From Takakia lepidozioides (Eukaryota; Plantae; Bryophyta): a stretch of DNA of 64,000 bases. Shown here piece by piece: positions 63,601-64,000 of this stretch (the stretch's first letter is position 1; every line of letters begins with the position of its first letter). The notes under the pieces are model-generated. The model was given only the letters and a program-made list of their open reading frames with translations. It was not told where the DNA came from and did not search any database. The stretch covers positions 44,454,001-44,518,000 of the forward strand of contig CM060734.1 in NCBI GenBank assembly GCA_030704615.1, in the 5' to 3' direction. A program made the position numbers and the translations under genes.

Positions 63601-63975
63601 CAAGCTCCAGATTACCTATGATTCCCTGTGGATCAATATCTACTACCAACTAGCATGGGTAGATGGTCAACTAGAAGCTACAGCAGCAGTGGCACAATTG
63701 ATAAAATCAGGCACTGCTAATGAAGGCACCTTCTTCAACACATTCCACCCTGTTTTTCCCTCTTATCAGAATCGGCCATGTTGAATTCTGAAAGTTAGCT
63801 GGTTGAGTGAACCTTTGATAGTTTGGAGTGACTGACATGATACTGCCAATGTGACAACAGAAAGAATCCAGAAACAGGTAACAGAGATAAGGAGAAGCTA
63901 TGGAATGAATACTTTTCAGACCCCAGTCAATGGTGGGACGATCGAGGCTAGAAGATGAATGCCTGTTGGATTATA
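63036..63975 (+). pseudogene. Two tandem OSB-type PDF-motif fragments (63036-63372, 63601-63975) interleaved with PPR pieces
   Basis: WINSYKKPAWVDGQL, EKLWNEYFSDPSQWWDNQGKKVNA, TYDSLWINIYYQLAWVDGQL; the ~330-bp block is duplicated. Confidence 0.75.
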
Positions 63976-64000
63976 GATTGTACTCATAAGACGTTGTTTG

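Overview
Eukaryotic nuclear DNA from a land plant, most likely a fern or lycophyte (inference: FO-synthase exons, a Tcn1-type chromovirus, a half-tRNA-primed copia, and TIC62 with FNR-binding repeats). The left ~26 kb holds three spliced genes that I reconstructed by hand. They are a 15-exon TIC62-like gene (-, 2972-12333; one repeat exon is frameshifted), 60S acidic ribosomal protein P0 (+, 14079-16927; intron 1 hosts C/D-box snoRNAs) and a 9-exon CYP85-clan P450 with an atypical I-helix (-, 21229-25807). The rest is mostly transposon and captured-fragment DNA. It includes a partial RPLP0 duplicate carrying an extra snoRNA copy and a same-strand chain of FO synthase, SAMTL-like carrier and LACS exon fragments. 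It also includes a divergent CACTA-like transposase with a BAH-like tail, an internally inverted Ty1/copia, and a three-LTR self-priming Ty3/gypsy chromovirus with an extra 3' ORF. At the right end is a CACTA end followed by a mosaic of PPR, OSB PDF-motif and TRF4-like fragments. The most interesting signals are the snoRNA pair that appears to have split an ancestral double guide, the fragment-capture chains, the atypical P450 and the PPR/PDF mosaic. Family assignments and rRNA targets come from motif recognition and memory, not database searches.
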